A stretch of 64,000 nt of DNA from Octopus sinensis (GCF_006345805.1 NC_043001.1:73284001-73348000), one strand, 5' to 3'. Counted from the stretch's first letter, positions 25,660 through 38,050 are shown. A program made the numbers and translations. The notes: a model not told the origin generated them from the sequence alone.

Positions 25660-26090
25660 ACAAGGCCAGCAATTTCAGTGGGGGTGGATATGTAAGTCAA
25701 TTACATCAACCCCAAAGTTCAATTGGTGCTTATTTTGTCAACTCTGCAAGGATGAAAGGCAAAGTTAACCTTGATGGAATTTGAACTTAGAACTCAGTTG
25801 GATAAAATGCTGCTAAGCATTTTACCCACTGTGAAAATGATTCTGCCATCTCACCAACCTGTTTGTACAAGTAATATCAATTTCGAATTTTGGCACAATG
25901 CCAGCACTTGGGGGGGGGGAGTAAGTCGTTTACATTGACCCCAGTACTCAACTGCTACTTATTTCTTCAACCCCAGAAGGATGAACAGCAAAGTCAACCT
26001 TTGCAGAATTTAAACTTAGAAAATAAAGACAGAAGAAATGCTACTAAACATTTTGCCCAGCATGTTAACAATTTTGCTTGCCTACCACCT
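25660..26090 (-). mobile_element. Two tandem family-B SINEs
   Basis: Two reverse-complement family-B bodies back to back. Confidence 0.7.
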
Positions 26091-26189
26091 TGTTTGTACA
26101 TGTAATGTCAGCAAGAGAAAACAATGTTGTAGGAACTAGCTTAAAATATTACTCGTCTTCATCTGACTAAGGCTTTGTAACCTGGATAA

Positions 26190-26680
26190 ACAGGTTATTT
26201 GTATTTTAGTTTGACTGATTTAGGCTGCTTGTTTTTCCTATAATCGACCAAGTCCCTTTTGTTGCAGTATCAACTCCATTCATTTCAATGATCATAAGAG
26301 CTTTCTTTTGGATCATAGTGAGTTGATTGAGTATAAAGTGTGCAGCATTCATCCAACAGACTGGCATACTCCAGACTGTTTCTGATCTCAGCTTTGTAAA
26401 CAGTGGATTTTTCTTCCTTATGTGACTTACTTGCAGTTTTATACAACACTACAAGCCTCTTACAAAAAAGGTCTCTGAATTAATAGTTCTCCATAAAATG
26501 AAAGACACCATTTACAAATGCTTGTACATCCATGCTTGTGTATGGCTTCTCAATTACCGTACTTTTGATGAGCTTTTTGCATTTGTGTATTAGAATTCAG
26601 ATCAAACTTCTCAAGGTTGTTACAAGAGCCATCTCAGACCATGAGATACAGGCTTCCAAAGCCTGAATACACAAAAAAAT
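26190..26680 (-). mobile_element. CR1/L2(Jockey-group) LINE C-terminal fragment; homologous copy at 27765-28165
   Basis: VWSMPVCWMNAAHFILNQLTMIQKKALMII. The two segments match each other at the DNA level. Confidence 0.55.
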
Positions 26681-27159
26681 AACTTATTGTTTTTATCATT
26701 CAAAATACATTACCGCTGTGGCTGCCTGGAACAATGATGCTATTGTTCACAAAACATGACATACTCAATGGGATGATGATGGTGATAGCAGCGACAACCA
26801 TGACATACTATAAATAAGTATAGACAGGCGTAATTTATACTGAGTCCTGATAAACATCCAAAAGAATGTAAATAGTACATGTGATAAATCATATATTTCA
26901 TCATCATCATTATTATCATTATCATTTAACATCTAGCTTACATACTGGTATTGGATGGATGGTTTGATAGGGACCCAACAAGCTGGAGGGGACTGTGTCA
27001 AATTCCAACATCTATTTTGGCTGGATGCCCTTTTTCTCTCCTACCATTTTACAGAGTGTATTGGGTGCTTTATTTCATGGCACCAACACTAGGGAGGTTA
27101 CCAAGTAACTTGCAAGACAAAGAAAAAGGTACTCGGTGGGAGTATAGTAGCTGGATGTC

Positions 27160-27560
27160 TTTTATCTTTTACTTCTTTCAGTAATTAGATTGTGGCCATG
27201 CTGGGGCACCTCCTTCAAGTATTTTTAGTCAAACTAATCGACCCCAGTACTTATTTTTTTAAGCCAGGTGCCTATTCTGTTGGTCTCTTTTACCAAACTG
27301 CTAAGTTATGGTGACAGAAACACACCAACACTGGCTGATAAGCAGTGATGAGGGACAAATACAGACATGAAGACACACACATGCATATATAAATTTGTGC
27401 ATATACAATGTGCTTCTTACAGTTTTCTTCTACCATATCCACTCACAAGGCTTTGGTTGGCTTGAGGCCATAGTAGAAGACATTTGCTCAAGATTCCATG
27501 CAGGAAGACTGAACCTGGAACCATGTAGTTGGGAGCAAACAATTACCACACAGGCACGCC
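27160..27560 (-). mobile_element. SINE family A
   Basis: Reverse-complement homology to family A. Confidence 0.75.
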
Positions 27561-27760
27561 TTTTCTACAGATTGAGCAGGACCATCTACCTGAAGGGATT
27601 TGTGATTTGTCTGCCTTCCTACTTACTAAGACTTTGGTTTTTGCTAGATTGACTCTAAGGCCCTTCAATTCTAGACCTTGCCTCCACACCTGAAACTTCT
27701 TCTCTAGTTCTGGTAGTGACTCGGCTATTAGAGCAAGGTCATCAGCATAAAGGAGCTCCC
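27560..27760 (-). mobile_element. RTE RT fragment of the PHD-bearing family
   Basis: WELLYADDLALIAESLPELEKKFQVWRQGLELKGLRVNLAKTKVLVSRKADKSQIPSGRWSCSI, nearly the same as 61814 onward. Confidence 0.85.
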
Positions 27761-28169
27761 AGCAAAGAACCCACCCTACCTAGTTGTGTTTTTCCAATAT
27801 ACAATGAAATCCATTTTGTTGCAGTATCGAGTCTATTCACCCCTATGATTGTATGAGATTTCTTTTGAATCCTAGTGAGTTGATTAAGTATACTGTGTGT
27901 GGCAGTCATCCATTACAGACTAGTATACTCCAAAATGTTTCTGATTTCAGCTTTGTAAATGGTGGATTTTCCTTCCTTGTGTGGCTTGCCTGCAATTTTA
28001 TATAACACTACAAGCCTATTAGAACATAAATCATTGAGTTAATAGTCCTCCTTAAAATGCACACAAGCCACAACCTTTCAAAACTAAAAGCAATGCTACT
28101 ACCATAGTATGAAAGACACCATTTTCAAAGGCTAGTATATCCATGCCTATGTATGGATTCTCAACAACC

Positions 28170-28399
28170 ATACTTTTCCTATATTCAAGAGATGAGGAAT
28201 TATTTACATTTGACAGATATTTGTCCTCATCTTGTATGTTGTTAACACAATGTTTTGGCTGATATACCCTCCAGCCTTCATCAGATGTCTTGGGGAAATT
28301 TCGAACCTGGGTTCTCATTTCTAAAGTATTTTTTGATATTATTATTATTATTATCATTATTATTCAGGTCACTGCCTGAAATTCACTATGCCATATGCC
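28170..28399 (-). mobile_element. tRNA-head/(TAA)n/hammerhead-tail SINE, inverted copy with a partial head deletion
   Basis: Reverse complement of 28403-28645 lacking the middle of the tRNA-like head. Hammerhead motif at 28245-28288. Confidence 0.75.
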
Positions 28400-28402
28400 T
28401 AC

Positions 28403-28645
28403 GGGCATATGGCGTAGTGGTGAAGAGCGCGGGCTACTAACACCAAGATTCCGAGTTCAATTTCAGGCAGTGACCTGAATAATAATGATGATAATAATAA
28501 TAATATCAAAAATACCTTAGGAATGAGAACCCAGGTTTGAAATTTCCCCAAGACACCTGATGAAGGCTGGAGGGTATATCAGCCAAAATGTTGTGTTAAC
28601 AACAAACAAGATGAGATAAATATCCTTCAAATGTAAATAATGAAC
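28403..28645 (+). mobile_element. tRNA-head/(TAA)n/hammerhead-tail SINE
   Basis: A box TGGCGTAGTGG (28410-28420), B-box-like GAGTTCAATTT (28453-28463), (TAA)n linker, then ACAC-CTGATGA-A-GGCTG..CAGCC-AAAA-TG-TT-GTGT (28553-28596). Confidence 0.75.
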
Positions 28646-28844
28646 CATACTTTTGACAAGAGCGTTCTGCAATTTTGTTATGACTTGGGACAGTTCCCTG
28701 TCCTAAGTTACAGCAAAATCAAAAAAATACTGTAAAAATAAATGAGGATTTTGTATCATCCATAAAGTGTAGACTCTTGTCATGAATGTATAAAACCCTC
28801 AAAGTCACTGTAAAAATTTGCCCTCACAATCACTGATTCACCTT

Positions 28845-29175
28845 TCTGGGTTCAACCCCACCTGGTAGCACCTCATGTAAATATATCTTCTATAACTTTA
28901 GATTGACCAAAGCCTTGTGTGTGGATTTGGTAGACAGAAACTGAAAGAAACCCATTGCGTGTGTTTGTGTCTGCGTTTGTCCCCACCACCACTTGACAAC
29001 TGGTGTTGGTGTGTTTAAATCCCTGTAACTTAGTGGTTTATCAAAACAAGATCAATAGAATAAGTGTCAGGCTTAAAAATAAGTGCTAGGGTTGATTCAT
29101 CCAACTAAAAGTTCTTCAAGGGGTGCCCCAGCATGACCACAGTTTAATGACTGAAACAAGAAAAAGATAAAAGAT
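28845..29175 (+). mobile_element. SINE family A
   Basis: Homology to family A. Confidence 0.75.
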
Positions 29176-30604
29176 ACCATAGCTAAACATATCATTGTTT
29201 TAAAGTCCATGATTGAATGAGGCAGATGGAATTTGTGGGGGTAGATTTCCTATAGTGGGATGCCCTCCTTGTAGCCAAGCCTCACCTGTTTCCCTTGAAA
29301 AGTGGAAATGAGCGACATAGCTTGCATGATGAAAATGCTCGTTCACAGGTTCGCACGCACATGCATACAATGGGATTTGGTTAGCCAGGGCTATAGCAGT
29401 AGATACTTTCCAAAAGTGCCATACAGTGGAACCAAACCCAAAACCATATGGTTAGGAAACAAGCTTCTCAACCACACAGTCGCACCTACACATGCCCGTG
29501 CACACTCACACACACACTAGTAAGAGAGAGATAGAGAACAATTGTGACTGATGACCTAATTTAATTTGTTTACCTCTTAAAATTCAGTTTAAATGTTTTG
29601 TTTCTCTTGATATAGAATAATTAATTATAAATAATAAAAAGAGAGAGAAAACTATGTGAATGAGAAAGCTTGATGGGCAAAGATCCCACATTGATTCAAC
29701 CAATTATATCTCATTAATAAGGTGACTAATTACAATCATTGACTAATCAAGATCACATCACCAGTTATTCATTCAACAGTAACATGACCTTGTATATATT
29801 ACACAACTATTAATTTTATCTCTCCTTTATCTATCATAATACATAACATTTCATATTCACTGCTACACATTCACAGTTGAAACAGTCAATGTTGTTTTCA
29901 ACTTATTGACTTAAAAACTAGTGTTTTCCTCATATCAATGAAACACGTGAGGGTAATAAATCTAATGTAAAAGAGAGATAACAGATATATATTCCATTTT
30001 ATTCTTTCCAGTCATTAGATTACAGCTATGTTGGGAGTTGGTGACAGCAGTGGGAGGTACTGCCTAGAAGGGTTTTAGTCAAATAATTCAATTCCAGTAC
30101 ATATTTTAAGCTCACTACTTATTGAATTAGTGTCTTTTGTTGAACTGCTAAGCTAAAGAGACTCTAAACATCCTAGCACTATCTGTTAAGCACCATTTTC
30201 AAGCAATGAAGATCAAATGTTCACATGATAGTTCTAGAAAATTCCTGCAGCAATGGGTTTATAAGAAGCCATTTTGGTGCGATTAAGCCAGAGAGAATTC
30301 AGACTCACCTCACTCAGTCCTAAACAAATTCTGCTCTCAAAAGCTGTTTTCACTGCTTCGTACTCAAACCAGTGTGATTTTCCCAATAGCTATTTTCACA
30401 GCAATATACCAACTCAGAGATGATGAAGAATCAATGCCATACATTTTGCAGCAATGTGCAGATCAGTTTATTCATTAAGATTTTCTACTCCTGTAAATAT
30501 AATGTTCTTATGATTTGATGCTGTCTGTTTTTCATGAAGCTTTGTACAAATTGTAACAATAAATGTATCTATAAACTGCCACCAAGACTTGTCATAAACT
30601 CTTG

Positions 30605-30850
30605 CTGCACATACATACATTCATACACACATACATATATACATACAAACATACATGCATGCATACATACATGCATGCATACATACGTACATACATACAT
30701 GCATGCATGCATGCATGCATGCATACATACATACATGCATGCATACATACATGCATACATACATACATACATACATACATACATACATACATACATACAT
30801 ACATACATACATACATACATGCATGCATGCATGCATGCATGCATGCATGA
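30605..30850. repeat. Compound (TACA)n/(TGCA)n tetranucleotide microsatellite
   Basis: Read directly from the sequence. Confidence 0.95.
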
Positions 30851-30859
30851 GGACATCTA

Positions 30860-31320
30860 TTGATCATTGAAAAGGAGTTTGCAAACCCAGTATCTAAGAT
30901 ACACTTCCAGCTTCATACCTATTGTTATTGGAGCAACAGGATACATACCAACCTGTCTAGAGCAAAGTATGGCTGAATTTGGGTTCTTGGAGAGAAAACA
31001 CAAATCCTTATTTCGTACACTACAAATGATCACAGTATCTGGAAAACCTGCAAGACCTTATTTCTTTATTGCCCACAAGGGGCTAAACATAGAAGGGACA
31101 AACAAGGACAGACAAAGGGATTAAGTTGATTACATCGACCCCAGTGCGTAACTGGTACTTAATTTATCAACCCTGAAAGAATGAAAGGCAAAGTCGACCT
31201 CGGCGGAATTTGAACTCAGAACGTAAAGACAGACAAAATGCCGCTAAACATTTCGACCGGCCTGCTAACATTTCTGCCACCTCACTGCCTTCTTGTCCTG
31301 CAAGACCTTCTTAAGATAAT
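30860..31320 (+). mobile_element. C-terminal fragment of a restriction-like-endonuclease (RLE) LINE, interrupted by a SINE
   Basis: IPIVIGATGYIP..LQMITVSG before the SINE and CKTFLR* after it. Confidence 0.6.
31060..31296 (-). mobile_element. Well-preserved family-B tRNA SINE with a 13-bp TSD
   Basis: CCTGCAAGACCTT at 31047-31059 and 31297-31309. A-rich tail AATAAAGAAATA on the minus strand. Confidence 0.9.
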
Positions 31321-31699
31321 ATAAAGGATGATGAACAAGACAAGATTCTTTCCTTCACAATCTTGTTGCCAAGTAGGTGGCCAGTCAAAATTTATTCTAA
31401 ATTAATACATACACACATACAGTGTCAAATTTTACTTTGTAAAAGTTAATATGTACTCAACTAAAATTGATGAACAATCAATTCTTCAATTTAATGTTAG
31501 ATCATTTTTATATATAAGTTGATATAAAAACAAACATACATACATACACAGACAGATAGATGTGATGGGTTTGTACACAATTTCCATCTAAATTTACTCA
31601 CATGGTATGTAAATGTGTGTGTGTGTGTGTCCTCACCATGGCATTGTGTGATAGTTGTAAACAATTGGCACTCCATCATTTATCACAAGCGTTTCACTT

Positions 31700-31985
31700 G
31701 ATCTGATTAACAGAATGGCCTGCTTGTAAAATGAACATGCAAGTGGCTGAGTTCTCCACAGAAACATGTACCCTCTATATAGTTCTCAGGGAGATTCAGC
31801 ACGATTTAGAATGTGACAAAGTTGGCCCTCTGAATTACAGGTACAACTCATATTTGCCAGCTAAGTGGACTGGAGCAGTGTGAAATAAAGTGCCTTGCTT
31901 AAGAACACAATGCATACCAGAAATCAAACCTCTGACCTTATGATCATGAGTCAAGTACACCAACCACTAAGCCATGCACCTTCAC
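31700..31985 (-). mobile_element. tRNA-derived SINE, family C
   Basis: Minus-strand head GGTGCATGGCTTAGTGGTTGG..GGTTTGATTTC..GTGTTCTTAAGCAAGGCAC. Confidence 0.7.
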
Positions 31986-32039
31986 AGTTGTAAAAAAATT
32001 GTCAACATCAACCTGTTTCATTTGTTTCCAATTATTTCA

Positions 32040-32490
32040 ATCATGGAAACATGCCCAGCCATGTTGGCTTGCTGTAAGGTGACAGGAAGGACATCTGGCC
32101 ATAGAAAATCTGCATCAGCAAATTCCATCTGACCCATGCAATCACGGAAAAGAGGATTTAAAATGATGAAAAGTTACCTGGAGACCCTGCCAGTACTGAT
32201 GCCACTCAAAAAGCACTCAGCCCACACTTTAAAGTGGTTGACATTTGGAAGGGCATCTAGCTGTAAAAACCATGCCAAACTGACCTCACCTATGCCTGTG
32301 CCATATAAAAAGCACTCAGTCCACTCTGCTGGGTGGTTGATGTTAGGAAGGGCATCCAGCTGTAAAAACCTTGCCAAAACAGACACAGAAATCTGGTGCA
32401 GGCTCCTGCCTGGCCAGTTTCTGTCAAACCATCCAACCCATGTCAGCATGGAAGACAGATGTTACACAACGAGGATGATGATGAATGTGA
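32040..32490 (+). mobile_element. Decayed RTE 3'UTR/tail segments
   Basis: Repeated AAAAAGCACT..AGGAAGGGCATCCAGCTGTAAAAAC..CCAACCCATG..GATGATGATGA. Confidence 0.65.
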
Positions 32491-33204
32491 TAAACCCTTT
32501 TTTTTCACATTAAATTCTCATATAATCATAATCTCCACCATTTGAAAGGTATTTGTAGAAAATTTCATTCATAGATTACTGATTTTTCTTAAAGTTATGA
32601 GATAACACATTGATGGTGTGTGAATTATTTGAAACTCCTCTCCCCAACACTGAAAAAATTTTCACAACAGATATAATATAATCATAATTTATCCCCAGCT
32701 AAAATGTATTTGTAGAAAATATCATTAGAATATATCCTGGGTGGAAGACACCTTCTGTGATCATGCCCAATTATTCCTATATTCTTTTACTTGACTCAGT
32801 CATTTGACTGCAGCTTTGCTGGAGCACCACCGTCTATTGATTCAACAACCAACAAATATGAAAAGATACTGGAATCAACATAATTTGGCTGACACTAGAT
32901 TAAACTTACAATTTAGAGAAATGCTTTTGATGATATGTTTGTGAAAAGTAGCAACATGAAGCATATCAGAGAGAGAAATGACAAAGAAGGAACCCTAGCT
33001 TCCAGTGAATTAAAATTAGTTGTCTATAGAAGATATATTAAATAATAAAATAAATTTGAAAAGCACATTTTGATAAAAGATATATAAATATTAGAATTGA
33101 ATTTTTTAAGAAGTTTCTACAGTGTACATCTAATAGTTGCTTTCTTTTTGTAAAAGTTACATACTCATAACTAATTAATAAACAGTTTTCTTCATTATAG
33201 TATA

Positions 33205-33344
<140 letters not shown>

Positions 33345-33345
<1 letters not shown>

Positions 33346-34900
33346 TTATTATTCTATGTTTGACTTTTGCTTTACATTTGCACAAGCTGGCTCCAAGTCT
33401 CACCCAGAGACCTCAAGAGACAACAAGTTGAAAGTTCATGTTGGTATTATGCCTAGGGTGCCATATATTTGGTTTTGTACGTCTAAAAAACCATATGAAA
33501 ATTATGTTTGTTTTAAAACTTGAGATTACATAGAAAGTATTTTGTGTAGGATATGAGCAGTTCCCATGAGCACTATCTTTTGAATTTCTGCCATTTTGGG
33601 GTTTCCTGGTATCTGAGTTAGGTAGCAGTCAGCCCCTTTTGCTATCATTCCCAGGGCACCTATGACAACAGGTATTGTTTTAGTCTTCAGGTTCCACATT
33701 TTGCTGATTTCTATTTCAATATCTTTGTATTTGCTCAGTCTCTGGTAGGTCTTGACAGATACATTTATATCAATTGGGACAGTCATATCAATGAGGAGGC
33801 ATGTTTTTTGTCTGAAGTCTTTCAATATGATGTCTGGCCTATTCAGTTTGAATGGTGAAGTTCCAGAGGTGTGAGATGTGGTCATTTTCAAGCACTGGAG
33901 GTGGTTTGTGTTCCCACCAGTTTTTATCACAGTGAATATATTGTGCAGCTCTATCATGCCTGTTGAGATACTCTGCACTTGGAGACAACATGATCAATGG
34001 TTTCCTTTTGTTGTTTACATACATGACATGTTGGGCTACTGCCATTCTTTAATATGTTGGCCTAGCAGTTCCTTGTAGGTAGGCATTGATCTTGAGCTGC
34101 TATGATAAACCCTTCTGTTTCAGATTTTAAACCAGAGGCCATTAGCCATTGATGGGTCAGGGCTTTGTCAACATCTGCATTATTCGCTCTCTTAGAGTAA
34201 TTGCCATTGAGAGGTTTTTCTTGCCATTTATCATTCAGAATATCTAAGGCAGCAGTTTTAGCACGGGTTTTCATGCGCTTAGCTTTTTCTGTGCTTGTTT
34301 CTTGTATGTCTAATTCCGAAATTTGTTGTATTCGGAATTCACTTAGATATTCCTTTGCCTGTTTTGTTACTGAGTATGACGCTTTCTTGTTTTCATGTTT
34401 TGAGACAAGTTTTAACATCCAGTCCTCAAAGTTTTTCAGGTAGGTGTCTAGGCCAATTGTAGAAATCTTCATTGTTATTGCTAGTCATAAAAGTTCACTT
34501 TTATGGCAGATAAAGTCATTTTATATCTGCCTTAGGGTGGTGCATTCTATGCATTGTCAACAGTTTTCGTATTTTTCTCTCAAGATTACATATTTCAGTA
34601 ATTGACCAGTTAACGATATTGAAACTAAGTCACGACTGGTATGGCTAAAGCATTGATCGCTTTGATCCTATTTCTCACATTCAGCTCTGTCTTGAGCATT
34701 GCTCTTACTCTGCGATAACATTCTCTCCTGATCCTTTCCTTCATCACTGAATGCCTTATTCCATCCCCTTCAATTACTTGTAGCTCTCCGCTGGGTCTAA
34801 CTCCTTTATGACATTCTGCTGGTCAAGGTAAACGTTAGATGTTTCTGTCATTTTTCCTTTGATAAAGGTAGCTTTTGCACATTTATCAAGGCCAAATTGC
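33345..34900 (-). mobile_element. 5'-truncated R4/Dong-clade LINE (RT end, zinc-knuckle region, RLE endonuclease, 3'UTR)
   Basis: MQFGLDKCAKA, QWLMASGLKSETEGFIIAAQDQCLPTRN, YLNRHDRAAQYIH, NRPDIILKD..LIDMTVPID..KYKDIEIEISKMW..IPVVIGALG. (TAA)n on both flanks. Confidence 0.85.
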
Positions 34901-34969
34901 ATTATTATTATTATTATTATTTGCATTATTACTATCAAGGTGCATTATTATTATCAATCATTATTATTA

Positions 34970-35660
34970 TCAAGATGGCAAGCTGACCAAATCATTAGCA
35001 TGCCATGATGGTATTTCATCAGTTTTTATATTCTGAGTTCAAATTCCACTTAAGTCAACTTTGCCTTTCATCCTTTTGAGCTTGATAAAAAAAAGTACCA
35101 GTCAAGTACTGGGTTCAATGTAATCAGCTTGCCCCTTTCTCTCAAAATTATTGGTCTCAGTTTTTAAGGTGGTGACTCAGCAAAACTGATAGTATGCCAA
35201 ACACATTGCTAAGCAGCATTTCATACATTTGTTGGTATAACATCTGTTGGTATAGCATTTCATACATTTTTACATTCTGAGCTCAAATTCCATTGAGGTC
35301 AGCTTTGCCTTTTATACTTTTGGGGTCAATGAAATGAGTACCAGTCAGGCCTTGTGCTTATAGTACAAAAACATCATCATTATCATCATCATCATCACCA
35401 CCACCACCAGCATCATCATCATCATTATTGTTAAGGCAGTGAGTTGGCAGAATCCTTAGCATGCCAGGTGAAATGCATAGTGGCATTTTACTCGTCCTTA
35501 CATTCTGAGTTCAAATTCCACCAAGGTTAACTTTGCCTGTTCATCCTTTCAGGGTCAATAAATTAAGTACCAATAAAACACTGAGATCAATGTAATCAAC
35601 TAGTTCCCTCCTCCAAAATTTCAGGCCTTATGCCTTTAGTAGAAGGGATTATTATTATTG
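34970..35660 (+). mobile_element. Cluster of three tandem family-B SINEs
   Basis: Three successive copies of TTCTGAG.TCAAATTCCA..GGTCA.CTTTGCC..AAGTACCA. Confidence 0.75.
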
Positions 35661-35791
35661 TTCAGGGTTATTCAGGGTTTTCTCATTGCTTTACTATTAT
35701 ATAAACATAAAGCATTACCATTTTCTTTTAACCTTTTAAATCATGTACACATACACATATACATTGACACACACACATGTGCACGCATGCA

Positions 35792-35825
<34 letters not shown>

Positions 35826-36016
35826 GAACACACGCACAAATTTATGTCAATCTGAAATTGCTAGTGAGATTCACATATAACCAGTTTTCATACAATCAAA
35901 GAGTTGAATAACTCAAACTTGTATTTCTAAATGTAGGACAAAACATAAAAATGTTGTATGTGTATGTTAGTAATATAAAACATAAAGCATTACCATTTTC
36001 TTTTAACCTTTTAAAT

Positions 36017-36329
36017 CAGTGGTTCTCAACAGGGTCCATATAAGATTTTTGAGGGTCCACTCAAATTAAATAACCATCATAGTATTTTAAGGGCCTCTGA
36101 AATCATTTTGCTTTAGATGTATGTATTGGTATGTATTGCAAGAAACAGATTTATTTCTCCAACATTTTACATAGTTCAACCTACAGAAGTTAATGTGTGA
36201 AACACAAAATAGGAATTTTGGAAGAAGTTTCTATAAAACTAGTTTATAAATATGGAATGGCTATGGGGTCCACCAGAATAAAATAATAATCAAAAGGGTT
36301 CATAGATAAAAACTGGTGGAGAACCCCTG
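36017..36329. mobile_element. hAT-type MITE
   Basis: TIRs CAGTGGTTCTCAAC / GTGGAGAACCCCTG. 8-bp TSD TTTTAAAT / TTTTTAAT (7/8). Confidence 0.8.
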
Positions 36330-36449
36330 TTTTTAATGCAAAGGGTACTCAATAAATGGTTTACATAGTGGGAGATGGACAATATCAAAACCAATTCTGA
36401 TTGTTATACCATTCTTTTTTTTTTTTTAATTTTAAAATTTCAATTTTAA

Positions 36450-36684
36450 CTCTTTGCTCCTCCTGTGTATCACAGTGAGAGAGATGACATATTTCCCTGG
36501 CATCCATGCATCATATATAATACATATTTCCAATTTATTTTTTCAACCACCAGAGTAACTTGAGACTTATGAAAGGAAGCCTTTATGTTACTCAGAACAT
36601 ATGGAACAAGAACTAACTAAAAATTTGAAAATAAGCATGACCATTTTGGACAAACTCATGAAAATGCTTTGGACTGGCAAAGAG
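36450..36684. mobile_element. piggyBac-type MITE
   Basis: TTAA on both sides. TIRs CTCTTTGC / GCAAAGAG (11/14 when extended). Confidence 0.6.
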
Positions 36685-38050
36685 TTAAAGCTATATTCTT
36701 ACAGTTTCTGATCTTAAAGTGAAAGCAAAAATATGGACTCTAGCAACGCCTTGGCAGATGTGTGGAATAGGTATCCCCTCCCGTCTTTTCATTTTCCTTC
36801 CCAAAAAATTCTTCAGATTCCTATGTTTCAACAACAGAGATTACAAATTTGAGAAAATAAAAGGGAACACCACTGTTTCTTTTGTTTTTATTTAAAAAAT
36901 TCAGACATTAAGATTCTGAAAAATATGAAATTGGTGGCAGGTGACAAATACGGACACAAAGACATATGCATAGACATAATATATACACATATACATATGA
37001 TGTGCTTCCACACAGTTTCCATCTACTAAATTCATTCACAAGGCATCAGTTAGGCTGTTGGTATAATAGAAAGCCCATACCAAAGTGCCATACCAGAGGA
37101 CTAAACCCAAAACAACATGGTTGCAAACTGAGCTTCTCAACCACAAAGTGAGCTTTTTAACCATTCCTAGATTACAGAAATTTTCTTCTTTCATTTTATA
37201 ATCATAAACTGAAAGAACAGCATTTAAAATATAATTTTTCATTTCTTTTTTTTCGATATGTCCAAGCATAAATGGAAAATTGTAGCTACACGATCTAGGG
37301 CTTTTTGTGATATAAATAAACACAGATAAATCTAACCAACAACTGAAACCCTTTCATAGACTTGAACTGTCAGAAGTCTGTTTGCATTCTATAATGTTCA
37401 TGATAATCTCACAAGGTATTGACCTGGCATGGCTAGTCAAATGACTGAAACAAGTTAAAGATAGAAGTTAATAATAATAACCAATATAATTGTTGGTTGG
37501 TTAGCTGATTCCTCCGATGACACTTTACATCATTTAGAGAGAAGGAAAGAGAGAGTAAAAGAAAGATATAGAGAGAGTAAACATAAGAAGTGCAGGATAT
37601 GTGCACATACAAGGTTTGGTGACAGGCAATGATTACTTTCTGAAAATTATATACTTTTTAACGAAATTTTACAGAGATTTATGATGGACTAGATTGCAAT
37701 TTATCTTTTATCTTCTATTGCTTCAGTCATTGGACTGTGGCCATGCTGTGACACTATCTTAAAAGGGTTCAGTCAAACAAATCAACCTCAGTAATTAATT
37801 CTTCTTTTCAAGCTTGGTACTTATTCTATCAGTCTTTTTTTCTTGAACCACCAAGTTATAGGGACATGAAGAAACCAACATTGGTTGTCAAGCAGTGGTA
37901 GGAGACAAAAACACAAACATAATGATAATCATACACATAGATATAAGCATATTTATACATAGTTCAAATTTACAGAAAACAAAAGATGAAGACAGGTGAA
38001 CGAACAATTTGTAGGTGTATTAGTTTAACACCCAGGAAGAATGGGAAAGT

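Noticed and set aside
28403-28475. tRNA gene
   Set aside because: It has A/B boxes, but the acceptor and anticodon stems do not pair properly and it continues into a repeat body. It is a SINE head; the same applies to the other SINE heads.
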